Assembly: GCA_002269645.1 (NCBI GenBank)
Contig: NIVC01000333.1
Location: 1 to 64,000 of the forward strand
Source of the DNA: Macrostomum lignano
Taxonomy: Eukaryota
Direction: 5' to 3'
Length of the DNA stretch: 64,000 nucleotides
A program made the translations under genes and the position numbers. Positions 1 through 12,587 of the stretch are shown here, piece after piece. Position 1 is the stretch's first letter, and every line of letters starts with the position of its first letter. The notes under the pieces are model-generated. The model saw only the letters and a list, made by a program, of their open reading frames with translations. It ran no database searches and was not told where the DNA came from.

Positions 1-3000
1 CTCATCAGTGGCCATCAGCCTGGTGACGTCCATCCTCAGGGCACCCTGCTGCTACCCGACAGGTCGACTGGTGCCAACATCGACGCGTCAAAGATCCGGA
101 GCTGGGTCAGCTACGGCGACGCCCGTGACGACAGCGCTGGCTCCGGTGCTGCGTGACCTCGGCGGCGTTCCGCTGGTCAGCCCGTCGGCCAGCTCCGACG
201 GCCTGACGGCCCTGGGTCTTCCGCACCGTCAGCCAGCCAGCCTGTCGCAGGTGTCTGCCATCATCGCCGTCATCAACAAGTTCAACTGGAAGTGCGTCCA
301 GCTGGTGTACTCTAACAATGATTATGGAAACCGGCTGGCTACTGAGTTCCGAGTGCAGGCTCTGCGGGAGGAATCTGCGTGCCACGCGCTGCCTTGAGGT
401 CGGCACAGACGGTTCGGTGCCTCCATCCTGTCGAACATTATCCGTGAGTTATACTGCAGAGGATTTAATTTCAAATTTTGTATAAACTGACTGATGCGTG
501 AGAAGCAAGTTGGTGAAAATCTCAGCTTTTGGCTCAAAATCAATTTTCTATTTAAGACTTGTGAATCACGTTAATGTGAATAAAGTGCATTAAAGTGCGC
601 CGATTAACGAGCATAGTAATGGTTTCAAAAGGGTACCCAGCCGAGTGAGTGAAGCAGAGTTAAGCAGAGTCGGTCGCGGTTAGTTGGCAGCAGCCTGAGC
701 TGCAGTTGGAATACAGAGTGAGAGTTGTCAGCGAGTTGCATGTTACAATAGCAGCGCCCCAGTACACAGACATTTTTCTTAGTATTTCGATACTTCAAAT
801 CTCAATTTCAACCGGCTTCATTTCACAGTCGACATCTCCAAGACCCGAGTAGTGTGGTGCTGTCGGACAAATCGGCCGACCTCGTCCAGCTGACCGCCGA
901 CAACAACGGCCTCGTGTTCATCGCCAGCAACTACTGGGGCGAAATGACGCGCGACAGCGCCCTGAGCGGCCTGGGGCCGGGCGCCAACAACAGCTGGGTG
1001 ATGCAGGTGAACTCGCCCGACGTTGCCGGAGTGACGGCCCACCTGAGCGGCCTGTCGGCTGACAGCAGCATCGACAACCCGTGGCTGGTGCCCTACTACG
1101 AGGCGCTGTTCAACTGCAGCACCACGGGCAGTTTGGCTTACAGCTCCCGCTGCAACAACAGCTGGCCAATGGCTGCCTCGCCGCAGTTCTATCCGGGATT
1201 GTTCATGATGACAACCACCAATGCGCTGTTCAGCATTGCCAAAGCCTATGCGGATATGCTGGTCGCTGGTTGCAACAGCTCCTACACCTGTGAGTCACGG
1301 AATACGGGCCGATTGTGACGACTGTTTGAGCCGGTAGCAGGTGTTTAAATGGAGAATCATTCAGTGAGGTGGGGTGTTTAAATGGAGAATCAGTCAGTGA
1401 GGTGGGGTGTTTAAATGGAGAATCAGTCAGTGAGGTGGTGGTGTTTAAATGGATAATCAGTCAGGGAGGTGGTGGTGTTTATATGGAGAATCAGTCAGGG
1501 AGGTGGTGGTGTTTATATGGAGAATCAGTCAGGGAGGTGGTGGTGTTTAAATGGAGAATCATTCAGTGAGGTGGTGGTGTTTAAATGGATAATCAGTCAG
1601 GGAGGTGGTGGTGTTTAAATGGAGAATCATTCAGTGAGGTGGTGGTGTTTAAATGGATAATCAGTCAGGGAGGTGGTGGTGTTTATATGGAGAATCAGTC
1701 AGTGAGGTGGGGTGTTTATATGGAGAATCAGTCAGTGAGGTGGGGTGTTTATATGGAGAATCAGTCAGTGAGGTGGGGTGTTTATATGGAGAATCAGTCA
1801 GGGAGGTGGTGGTGTTTATATGGAGAATCAGTCAGGGAGGTGGGGTGTTTAAATGGAGAATCAGTCAGGGAGGTGGGGTGTTTATATGGAGAATCAGTCA
1901 GTGAGGTGGGTGTTTATATGGAGAATCAGTCAGGGAGGTGGGGTGTTTATATGGAGAATCAGTCAGGGAGGTGGGGTGTTTGAATTCCGAAGTTTCAAAA
2001 TGATCAGCGCAAAGCAACAATTACGATGAATTGGCTACACTTGCACTCGCACTGCACCCCACCTAGCCGTCTGCCCGAACTTCTGGTTGAACCCCGGACT
2101 GAACGGACAGCTGGCAGACAGGCTGTCTGCTGTCAAATTCCTAGCTCTCGGCGGCAGCAGTTTTGAATTCCGTTCCAATCGCGATGGCAACATGGGCTGG
2201 CTGGCGCTAAACCGGGTGGGCCCGGACTACCTTCCAGTAGGCAGGTACATGTTCAGCGTGCTCAGCGATCTGCCTGCGTTCCCCAGCCGCAGCTCCGTGT
2301 ACAGCTCAGTGCCAGCCGCCTGTGCCGATTGCACCAACTGTCCGAAATCGCTGGATAGGACGGAGAAGTTTCTCTATGTGCCCGGCCAGCTGCTGATTGG
2401 TGGTGAGTAATTTAGCTAGCGAAAGCATTTGTCTAAAGTCTACTCGTAATAATGAAGGTGCGAGGTGATGCATTTTATCTAAACTGAATGGGTGTGAAAT
2501 CTGTTTGAAAGAGATCTCGTGCTTCCTATCGGAAGCTAGGCTTTCATCCAATAGGGTGAAGCGAATAGAAATGTAGTGAGGTGGGCGCCCAGTGGCGTAG
2601 GAAACCCGCTGACAGCCAATGGGGTGAAGTGAATAGAAATGGAGTGAGGTGGGTGCCCAGTGGGGCAGGAAAGCTGTTGACAGCCAATGGGGGCAAAATA
2701 AATAGAAACGGAGTGAGGTGGGCGCCCAGTAGGTTAAGAAATCAATGAACAAAAAGGACTTATTTGAGAGAGGATGAAGAAAAAATAAAGTTAGAGAGAA
2801 GATATACTTTCACTCCTCACCCGCAGGCCTCTTCGATGTGCACTATTCCGGCTCTGTGCCGTTCAGCTGCGGCAGAGTCAACGGCCAGAACGGCTTCCTT
2901 CTGACGGAGGTTTTCAAATACGCCATCGAGTCCATCCAAACCAGTCCGATATTCTCTGGAAAACTTCGCGGCGTTAAGGTTGGCGGCATCGTCATGGACA

Positions 3001-6000
3001 CCTGCTCGTCAGCTGTGCGCACGGACAGCCTGGTGGCCAATCTGCACTCGGGCTCCATCGTGCTCAGGGACTCCAGCTTGAACCGAATTGACCCGGAAAA
3101 GGTCATGGCTTACGTGGCTGCCTCCACATCCGAGATGGCAGATCAACTGTCTAGGGTGGGTTTTTACTCAGTCAATTACCTGTTCGTCCCACACTCAGCG
3201 GTGATGAGAAATTGTTAAACTAACGGTCCATGGGTGTTTTATAGATAAGTATTAAGTAGCTGAGTAGTTTGGGTGATTTTTCGGGCTATTTCCCAAAAGT
3301 AGGATTTTTGGGCTTTTGTCAATTGCCTCCCGGAGGGGCGCAGATTACTAGTCCACATGTACTAAGTTTTTACGACGTGGTTTATTTACCAACTCAACTC
3401 GCCCCTGCGCACCTGTACAGGTCACCAACGTGGTGCAGGTGCCCGTGATCTCCTACGCGGCCACCATGAGCTCCCTTAGCAACAAGCAGCTCTATCCGTA
3501 TTTCTCGCGCACGGTGCCCAGCGACGACAAGGTGGCCTACGCTATTGTGGATTTCCTGAAGCGCTACGGCCTCACCAATGTACAATTCGTGCTGTCTCCC
3601 GGCGCCTACGGATCTAGCGGATTGCAGTCTGTTCAGCGAGCCATCGCTAACGAAGGCATCTGCATCAGTCACACTCTACAGGTAGATTTTCTGCTCAAAC
3701 AGAGATGGGATCAAGACGACACGGGGGTGTCTCGTACATGTATACTGTACGTGCATATGTAGCTCGGGGAGCTTAAAAGGTGCCCCCACAGGGGGGTCAT
3801 TGAATGCTAGTCCATATACTAAATGCTTAAATCTCAGCACTGTACAAGCAAGGAAAAAGCCAATTAAATCTAAATAAAAGTTTCAACTGGGCCCTGCCAT
3901 TGACTCTCACAGGTGAACCGCACCGGTCTTACCGCTGTTAACGCCGATCAAGTGGCCTCCGAGCTGCTGAAGAGGCCCCAGTCAACTGTGATTGTCACCT
4001 TCCTGCAGTCTAACGACCTCGCTGAACTTCTTGGCGCCGTGTCGCGAAATAATCTTACATACGATCGGTTCCTGTTTATTGGTAAGCGAACTTCGTTGAC
4101 AACAAGGTCATTCAGGTGCTTGCCTAGTTGAGGCCAGGGTGAGAAGAATTGAGACAGTCAGACAGACAGTAGAACATTATTACAAGTAGTTCAAGCAAGT
4201 AAAACTAGCCGAAAATAAGTGGTTGTAAAACTTGCAAGTACAGGGAATAACTGTAGTTAGCGGAAGCAACGATAGTACCGGAGGCAAAGATAGTACCGGA
4301 AGCAGCTGGTAGTACCGGAAGCACCGATAGTACTGGAAGAAGTTAGTAGTGCCGGAAGCACCTGGTAGTACAGGAAGCACCGATAGTACTGGAAGAAGTT
4401 AGTAGTGCCGGAAGCAACAGGATTAGTGTTGGTCTGCAAAGGAGATACACTAGAAAAAAACATTGCCTGCAGCATCTCCCAGTCGCTCATCTCAGTCTCC
4501 AGCTTACACCAGCTCTCCAACATTACCAACCCCACCTCACTCGCAAACCAGGCACGACCTACTGGGGCAACAGCAAGACTGTGCTGAGCAAAATCACCAA
4601 CGGCCGCTATCCTCGAGCCATCACGTTCGGCTTCGAGACCGCCGACCTCACTGACTTCGAGCGAAGCTACCTGCTGTCAAAGAATCCAACAAGTTACGCT
4701 TCAGTGAATCCCTGGTTCAATGAGTACTATGAGCACCTGTTCCAGTGCACCCTGTCCAGCAGTTCGCCCTACTACAGTAAAAGATGCAGCTCGTCTACAA
4801 TGTCGCTCACGGATTCTAGAAACTATTCACAGGTGAGCGCTAGAACCAAGGCAGCTTCATAAGAGCACATGAGATGCTGTAAAAATCTTGTAACTAGGGG
4901 CTCTTTCATGCAGGTGTTCAGCCCTGCTCAACACAACGACCCATTTTGTCATTCTAGTGTCATATATTGATATCAAACCCAAAGTTGCTTCAATAAATAT
5001 CTCAAAGTTTGTACGGGCTGATCTAGGATTTTTCCCGGCAAGGGGGTCAGCTGACCTTTTTGTGACCCTCTCCTGGATCTGCAATTGAACGTTTGTTCGA
5101 AAAGGGTGACGCGACACCGTTAAGACTTGTTTTAGAGAGATACAAGTATTTAAATACTAAATGGTATAAAACGATATTTGAGCGATTGGTAAAAGTTTGG
5201 GTAGAAAGTACATGATGTATGCATAAGTGAGATGCACATTTTGCGCGTTAAGCAGGGCACAAGGTGAGTTGAAGTTTAATAGTCAGTGACAGCCCTCACA
5301 TTACGTCATCTTCCTCCTCCAAGTCTAAAGAGCGATTGAATTAACAGACTTCACGGAACTGCAGTTCATTACTCTAGACGGCAGTCCTAGAGAGAGTTTT
5401 TAAAACATACAGTTTATGATCTTGTCTTCAAAAGCTTAGGAGAATTTGGAGTTCTGTGTCTGATCTTTAACACGTTAAACTGGGTATGATATCGACAACA
5501 TCCAATTGTCGGCTCATTTTCAACTTTTTTATTTACCGAAAACAAATTGAAAGAAACTGATGCCATTTTGAAAGAGCTGTAAACTTTTTTGATTGAAAGG
5601 AATTGCGAATAAAAGAAATAAAAGAATCCCCGCCCCGCCGTGGACACCCGCAGGACTCACTGGCCCTCTATGTTGTGAACGCTGTCTACTCCACCGCGCT
5701 GGGCATCCACACGGCTCTGCTGCGCATCTGCGGTCCGGACTACAACGGCATCTGCAGCGACTTCTACGGCTCCGGCGAGAAGCGCCAGTGGGTGCAGAGC
5801 GGCATCCGGTCGGCCGTGTTCGTCGACGCCACCAATTTGAACTTCACCGTCAACGCGGCCGGCGACAGCAACCGGGGCTACCACATCTACGAGCTGCGCA
5901 CCACATCATCGGGCTTCTTCTATTCCAGCGTCGGCGCCTACAACGATACGGCACTGCTAAAACTGCGCAGCGACTTCAGCCTGGCCTGGACCAGCAACTG

Positions 6001-9000
6001 CAGCCTGGCCGGCTCCTGCGACACCGTCTGCCCGAATCTGGGGCGCAACCTGTGAGTACTCCCGTCTAATTGGTTGCTATGGGGAATTTATAAGAATGTG
6101 GATAGACCACCCACTGACATCATACACCACCCACTGACACCCTACATCACCACTGACATCATACACCACCCACTGACATCCTACATCACCACTGACATCA
6201 TACACCACCCACTGACACCCTACATCACCACTGACATCATACATCACCACTGACATCATACACCACCCACTGACATCATACACCACCCACTGACATCCTA
6301 CATCACCAACTGACATCCTACACCACCCACTGACATCCTACATCACCACTGACATCATACACCACCCACTGACATCATACACCACCCACTGACATCATAC
6401 ACCCCCACTGACATCATACACCACCCACTGACATCATACACCACCAACTGACATCCTACACCACCCACTGACATCCTACATCACTCTCTGACATCATACA
6501 ACTCCTAATGACATCATACACCCCCACTGACATCATACACCCCCACTGACATCATACACCCCCACTGACATGATACACCCCCACTGACATCATACACCCC
6601 CACTGACATCATACACCCCCACTGACATCATACACCCCCACTGACATCATACACCCCCACTGACATCATACACCCCCACTGACATCATACACCCCCACTG
6701 ACATCATACACCCCCACTGACATCATACACCCCCACTGACATCATACACCCCCACTGACATCATACACCCCCACTGACATCATACACCCCCACTGACATC
6801 ATACACCCCCACTGACATCATACACCCCCACTGACATCATACACCCCCACTGACATCATACACCCCCACTGACATCATACACCCCCACTGACATCATACA
6901 CCCCCACTGACATCATACACCCCCACTGACATCATACACCCCCACTGACATCATACACCGCCAAACTGACATCTTGAAAAACCGGCAGACACCTTATGCC
7001 ATCAGATGTCAATCTGGATATCTACCGCTATCTGAATCACGCCCATCTTATTCAGACCAACCCTCACCCCGCCGCCAGCTCCGTGTACATGCAGGTGAAC
7101 TCCAGCAGCATGGACCTGAACCTCGTGCAGTTCCTGTCAGTCCACGGCAGCCGGTCCGCATCCCTGTGCGGCCCCATGAACCTGCAGTCCGGCTTCAACA
7201 ACCTCCTGGCCTTCCACTACGCCATCGACCTCATCAACAACAACAGCGACCCCGACGTCTCCGGCTTCAAATTCGGCGGCCTTAGCATCGATGTCTGCCA
7301 GTCGGAGGCTCGGGCGGCCACCTTCGCCTTCTCCTACACGTCCGGCACCGGCATCTGCGGCTACGCCGGCTTCACCGAACTTGTCGGCCCGCTGACCGCC
7401 GTCGCTTATCTCACCGACGGTTCGGCGGTCAGCGCCAGACTGGCAACCGTCGTGCCAGACTCCACCGTGGTGTCGCCGGATGCCACCGCGATTTCATTGA
7501 GCAGTCGAGCATTTTACCCGAGATTCCTGCGGGTGGTGCCGCCGGATAGTGTGCAGGTAAGGAGCGATTTTTTCGGGTCATAATATTCGTATTCTTATAC
7601 TAGAAGTAGTCGAGATTAGCGATAAAGTAGTCTACATAAGCACTTTCATTAACCTCTGTCTCAAAATCTACCACCTGCTCATCCACATCCAACCACCTGC
7701 TCACCCACATTTATAACCTCCTCACCCACATTAACAACCAGCTCACCCACATCCAACAACCTGCTCACCCACATTTATAACCTCCTCACCCACATTAACA
7801 ACCTGCTCACCCACATCCAACCACCTGCTCACCCACATTCAACCACCTGCTCACCCACATTCAACCACCTGCTCACCCACATCCCCAATGCCAACCGCCA
7901 GATCGACGCCCTCCTAGACGTGGCCAGCAGCTACAACTGGTCGGTGGTGTCCCTCATCCACGACACCACCCCGTTCGGCTTGGCCGGCAAGGCGGCCTTC
8001 GAAGCGGCGATCGCCCGTCGCAACGGCAGCCAGTCGGTTTGCATGAAGTACATCGGCGCCGGCGCTGCCGGATCGGCGATCAGCCTGGCCGAGGCCAAAG
8101 CGGCGCTGCAGTCGGCAAGCCGGATGGCGTACGTCAACGCGCTGATCGCCTACCTGCCCGAGCAGGACCTGCGCACCTTGCTGACCGCGGTGCGCGAGCT
8201 CGGCCTGCAGGGCCGATTTGTACTGCTCGGCTTGGACAGCTGGGCGGACAAGATGTCCGTGGTGCAAGGACTGGAGTCGGCGGCACTGGGAGCCGTGACC
8301 CTGCGCCAGACCTACTTCACTGTACCCGATCTGGACCGCTGGGTGGCCGAGATCGGACTGGCGCCGGCCAGACGGAAGGGCATCCCGGTGGACTGGCTGG
8401 AGGTGAGGGAGGAGGTCACGATGTGTCAAAGTTGATTGAATTTTTAAAGGCATCCGGTTTCAAGCGTGTGGGGTCTCTACCAGATTGCTCTCTCTCTCTC
8501 GGTAGAAGTGAGAACTTACAGGGGATAGGTGTAGGGTGATACAGAAGAAAATGATGAGAGAGAAGGAGAGAGGAAGAGAGGAGAGAGGGAGAGAGGAAGA
8601 GAGGGGCTATGCCTCTCCCTGCCATGCTCCTCCCTGCCCTGTACATTCACCCACCTCACTTCATCAATCTTGATTCTAATTGGCTGACGGGAGAGAGAGA
8701 GAGGGGAGAGAGAAAGAGAGAGGTAGATAGGGGAGAGGGAGAGAGGGGAGAGGGAGGGAGGAAAAAGAGAGGCTGATAGGGGAGAGGCAGAGCTCATTGA
8801 GAGCCAAAATCCCAACGAGTATTAAATGGCAATTTTTTCTCCTCAATCGCCACGAGTATACATGAATGGGCTCTGCCAATCTTGGAGAATCCTAACCCTG
8901 ACGCCTACACTGAACTCTCTCGCTCACCACAGGAATTCTGGCAGCACACGCTGAAGTGCCGTCTCACGGGCAGCTCGGTGATCCAGACTCAGTACGCCAC

Positions 9001-11514
9001 CGTCTGCGACCCGAGCGGCAGCCTGCCAGCGGGCGCGCTGACCCAGAACGGCGGCACCTACTCCACCATCCTGTCCGCATTCATCGCCGCCAAAGGTGTC
9101 GCCGATTTCCAGCGGGCCGAATGCGGCACGACGGCAACGGATGTGTGCCTGTACCGGATGCCGGCGGCCACTCGCCTGGCAACTATCTACCGCTATATTA
9201 GCAACGCGCAGTGGCGGGTGCTGCAGGGCCGGCTAGGCAACGACAGCCTGCTGTTCCGGTTCACTACAGATGGCTACGGAGATCGGGGCTACGATGTGCT
9301 CAATTTTGTCCGGTCGGGCTCCGGATATGTCTATAATAAAATTGGCTATTGGCGCAATAGATACGTGCCTCAAGCTGGCCAGAGGTGAGTACGATTCTAT
9401 TTTTAGAATTCCGTGATTACGTCACTTCGACATTATGCCCCTCCCTGCCCTGTACATTCACCCACCTCACTCCCTCTATCTAGATTTTGATTGGCTGACG
9501 GAATTCTAATCTCGCCTCACGAAGCCTGAATTTTCCGACCCCAGCGAACACTCCTGCCATTCAATACTATCAGCATTTTCAGACACACCATCAGCATATT
9601 GAGACACATTACGAGCGTATCAGCATATTTAGACACATTATCAGCATATTGAGACACATTATCAGCATATTGAGACACATTATCAGCATATTGAGACACA
9701 TTATCAGCATATTGAGACACATTATCAGCATATTGAGACACATTATCAGCATATTGAGACACATTATCAGCATATTGAGACACACTATCAGCATATTAAG
9801 ACACACTATCAGCCTATTGAGACACACTATCAGCCTATTGAGACACACTATCAGCCTATTGAGACACACTATCAGCATCGCTACATATCGGTGCCCTCAC
9901 CGCACTCTTCAGCCTGGCCACCTACGGTCCCGATGGCAGCCAGCTGGCCGCCACTCCGTCGTCCGCCTGTCCGACCGGCGTTGACTGCGGCTGTCCTGGC
10001 GACTCAGGCGACCCACTGGCCCTGCTGCCCAGGCCGAACGTGTGGGACCGGGCTCGAACCCCGTGGGGCGCCGTGCTGCTGGCGCTGACCACCCTTGGCG
10101 CCCTGGTGACCCTGGTCGCCATCGGCTTCTTGGCCTACGCGTTTCCCCGCAAAGTGCAGGGCACGGCCGGCACCAACTATCTCGGCTTCGCGTGCCTAGT
10201 CGGCATCCTGCTCATCTTCGCCATCAACATCGCGTTCATCGCCCACGCCACCCCGGTGGTGTGCACCATCCGGCGGTTCGGCCTCTCCCTGGTCTACTGC
10301 ATCGTCTACGCCAGCCTGCTGGTGCGCAGCGTGGTGAACTGGACCATCTACAGGGCGGCCGGCTCCCCAGGCGAAGGTCCATCCTTCACCGGCCTGAGCC
10401 ACCCGGTCAGCCTGCTGGGCCTGTCCATCTGCATCTGCCTGGTGTCGGCCATGCTCGGCACCGAGTGGCTGATCCTGCAGCGGCCGGACAGCGTCGAGCT
10501 GGTCGCCTACGAAGGCGTCGCCTGGAGCCGTTGCAGCCCGTCGAGTTTCTACGACGAAGGCCTGGCGCTCAGCTGCCTGTACCCGGCCGGCCTGCTGGTG
10601 GCTGCCGTGGTGTACTCGCTGCTCAGCTGGGACGCCGATTTGACCGACTCGCGTCAGGTGGCCCTCGGCCTGCTGTTCTGCGCAGGGGCTCAGCTGTGCT
10701 GGGGCTGCGTGTCCACCCTCACCGGCTATAAGTGGCGCGATCCGGCCATCTTCGTTGCTAACCTGGTAGCCGCCGGGGCAGTGCTGCTGTGTCTGTATGT
10801 GCGCAAAGTGGTGCAAGTCTGCCGGGTGAGCAGGGAGAAATCTTCATCTGCTGAGGATCAGAACATCGCGTCTGGCGGATATCCGACTAAGAGCATCAGC
10901 ATGGGTAGGTTGCGGCGGGTGTTCTGCTTGGTATCTGGGTGGTGGGTCGTGTCTCTTGATAAGACGAAGGGCCGAGGGTGCTCGATGGCTAAAGAAGAGG
11001 CGTCTCAAGGCTGAGGTGGAGGGTGTCTCAAGGCTGAGGTGGAGGGTGTCTCCAGACTGAGGTGGAGGGTGTCTCAAGGCTGAGGTGGAGGGTGTCTCAA
11101 GGCTGAGGTGGAGGGTGTCTCAAGGCTGAGGTGGAGGGCGTCTCAAGGCTGAGGTGGAGGGTGTCTCAAGGCTGAGGTGGAGGGTGTCTCAAGGCTGAGG
11201 TGGAGGGTGTCTCAAGGCTGAGGTGGAGGGTGTCTCCAGACTGAGGTGGAGGGTGTCTCCAGACTGAGATGAAGGGTGTCTCAAGGCTGAGGTGGAGGGT
11301 GTCTCAAGGCTGAGGTGGAGGGTGTCTCAAGGCTGAGGTGGAGGGTGTCGCAAGGCTGAATCCAAAGGTGCCTCACAGGCTTAAAAGATTAGCTCGTCTA
11401 TCGAGCCTGAATGTGTCCAAATTCTGAAGCAGGTGTCTCATTTCGTTTATTATGTGTATCTTGAAGTTGAGGCATTACTTCATTATTTCAGACGACATCA
11501 AAGTCACCTCCTAA
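1..11514 (+). CDS. Class C (metabotropic glutamate receptor-like) GPCR with at least 3 tandem Venus-flytrap (ANF_receptor) domains plus 7tm_3; 5' end lies upstream of the window. Exons: <1-443, 829-1289, 2067-2402, 2827-3155, 3421-3681, 3913-4081, 4552-4832, 5654-6051, 6989-7556, 7902-8402, 8933-9384, 9913-10904, 11492-11514 (about 1730 codons in the window)
   Basis: All introns are GT-AG, and exon phases join in frame from exon 2 to the stop (ending SISMDDIKVTS*). VFT motifs recur: PGQLLIGGLFDVH..C, PVISYAAT..LSNKQLYPYFSRTVPSD, NWKCVQLVYSNNDYG, VVSPDAT..FYPRFLRVVPPDSVQ, YNWSVVSLIH. Seven hydrophobic segments with the class C CTIRRFGLSLVYCIVYASLLVR motif lie in 10040-10830. Apparent indels occur in the first 870 nt. 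Confidence 0.9.
1340..1980. repeat. Intronic minisatellite, about 33-36 bp unit (GGTGTTTATATGGAGAATCAGTCAGGGAGGTGG)
   Basis: Direct tandem copies visible; fills GPCR intron 1290-2066. Confidence 0.95.
6105..6972. repeat. Intronic minisatellite, 19-22 bp unit (CACTGACATCATACACCCC)
   Basis: Homogeneous 19-bp period in the distal part; ends about 16 nt before the acceptor at 6988. Confidence 0.95.
7670..7885. repeat. Intronic minisatellite, about 22 bp unit (CCACCTGCTCACCCACATCCAA)
   Basis: Tandem copies in GPCR intron 7557-7901. Confidence 0.9.
9565..9876. repeat. Intronic minisatellite, 21 bp unit (ATCAGCATATTGAGACACATT)
   Basis: Tandem copies in GPCR intron 9385-9912; explains the repetitive ORFs at 9517-9984. 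Confidence 0.95.
10999..11360. repeat. Intronic minisatellite, 23 bp unit (GGCTGAGGTGGAGGGTGTCTCAA)
   Basis: Tandem copies in the last GPCR intron. Confidence 0.95.
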
Positions 11515-12346
11515 GTCTGCTGGAGCCAACGCAGAATGTTAATGAATAGTGGCAGAAACCACAGTCTGAAGTAATATTTCAAGACAACTATTGATACTGG
11601 AATTTATTAATATTTTTGTTCTAACCCCTTAACGTAATCTGTTTTTATAAACCTATTAGCTTGATTGCCTATTGGTACATGCATAAACTTTAATCAGCCA
11701 ATTATTTGCCATCAAGTTTTGTGATAACAATTTAGCTCTACACATTTTTATAGTGCAAAGATCCATGTACATGTATGAAGTAACCTGCCCTTACTTGCTG
11801 GATAGACACGGGTGTGCTCACCTCGAAAATTTTAATCTATGGTGAAAACTGTCTCTAAGCTGTTTCCGCTTGTTTCATTTGTTTCGCAACAATATGCGAG
11901 AGCGCTACTTTCAGTAGCGTAGATCATAAAAGGTTTTTAATATAAAATTTTTGTATCCACTTGATGACGTTAAAATAAAAGTTGGCTTTGAATAATAAAT
12001 GATTTTTATGAAAAATCAACGGAGCTCCTTAACTCACATGTTTAAATGCCATCTCCCACTTCTGTTTATTAATTTTCACAATAGAACTTAAGTTTTAAAC
12101 AGACAGAATTGAAGACGAGTTTTGAATCTTTGGCCTTATAAACACCTTTTTTCCTGCGGAGGGCTGCGGGCACCCTGGCGCAACGCCTTGGCGACGTGGT
12201 TCCGCAACCAGCGCTGAGCAATTCTGCCCATTCCGCTGACTCCTGAGCACCTGCAAGCGTGCCAATACTGTACGCACTCAATTAATTATTAATCAATAAT
12301 AATAATTGATTACACCTGCCCTAATGGACACATGTGCAACCGACAG

Positions 12347-12587
12347 CTCAGCCGCAGCTATTGCGCGGCGCATCTGAAGGCTGCGTACGGCTGTTCAGTC
12401 CAAGGACTGGGGGGTCGCCACACACCCTCAATTACCCCAGCTAATGCTGGCACCCATTTTACAGCTGGGTGAACTGAAGCAATGCAGAGTTAAGTGTCTT
12501 GCTCAAGGACACAAACTGTTCCAGTGGGATCGGGAATCGAACCCCTGACCATCAAGTCGTAAGTCCGACGCTCTAACCACTAGGCTA
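12347..12587 (-). mobile_element. tRNA-derived SINE (copy 1) with a CORE/Meta-like central domain
   Basis: The minus strand shows A box TAGCCTAGTGG and B box GGTTCGATTCC, followed by GTGTCCTTGAGCAAGACACTTAACTC...CCCAGCTGTAAAATGGGT, which resembles SINE core domains. A near-identical copy is at 63077-63303. Confidence 0.85.
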
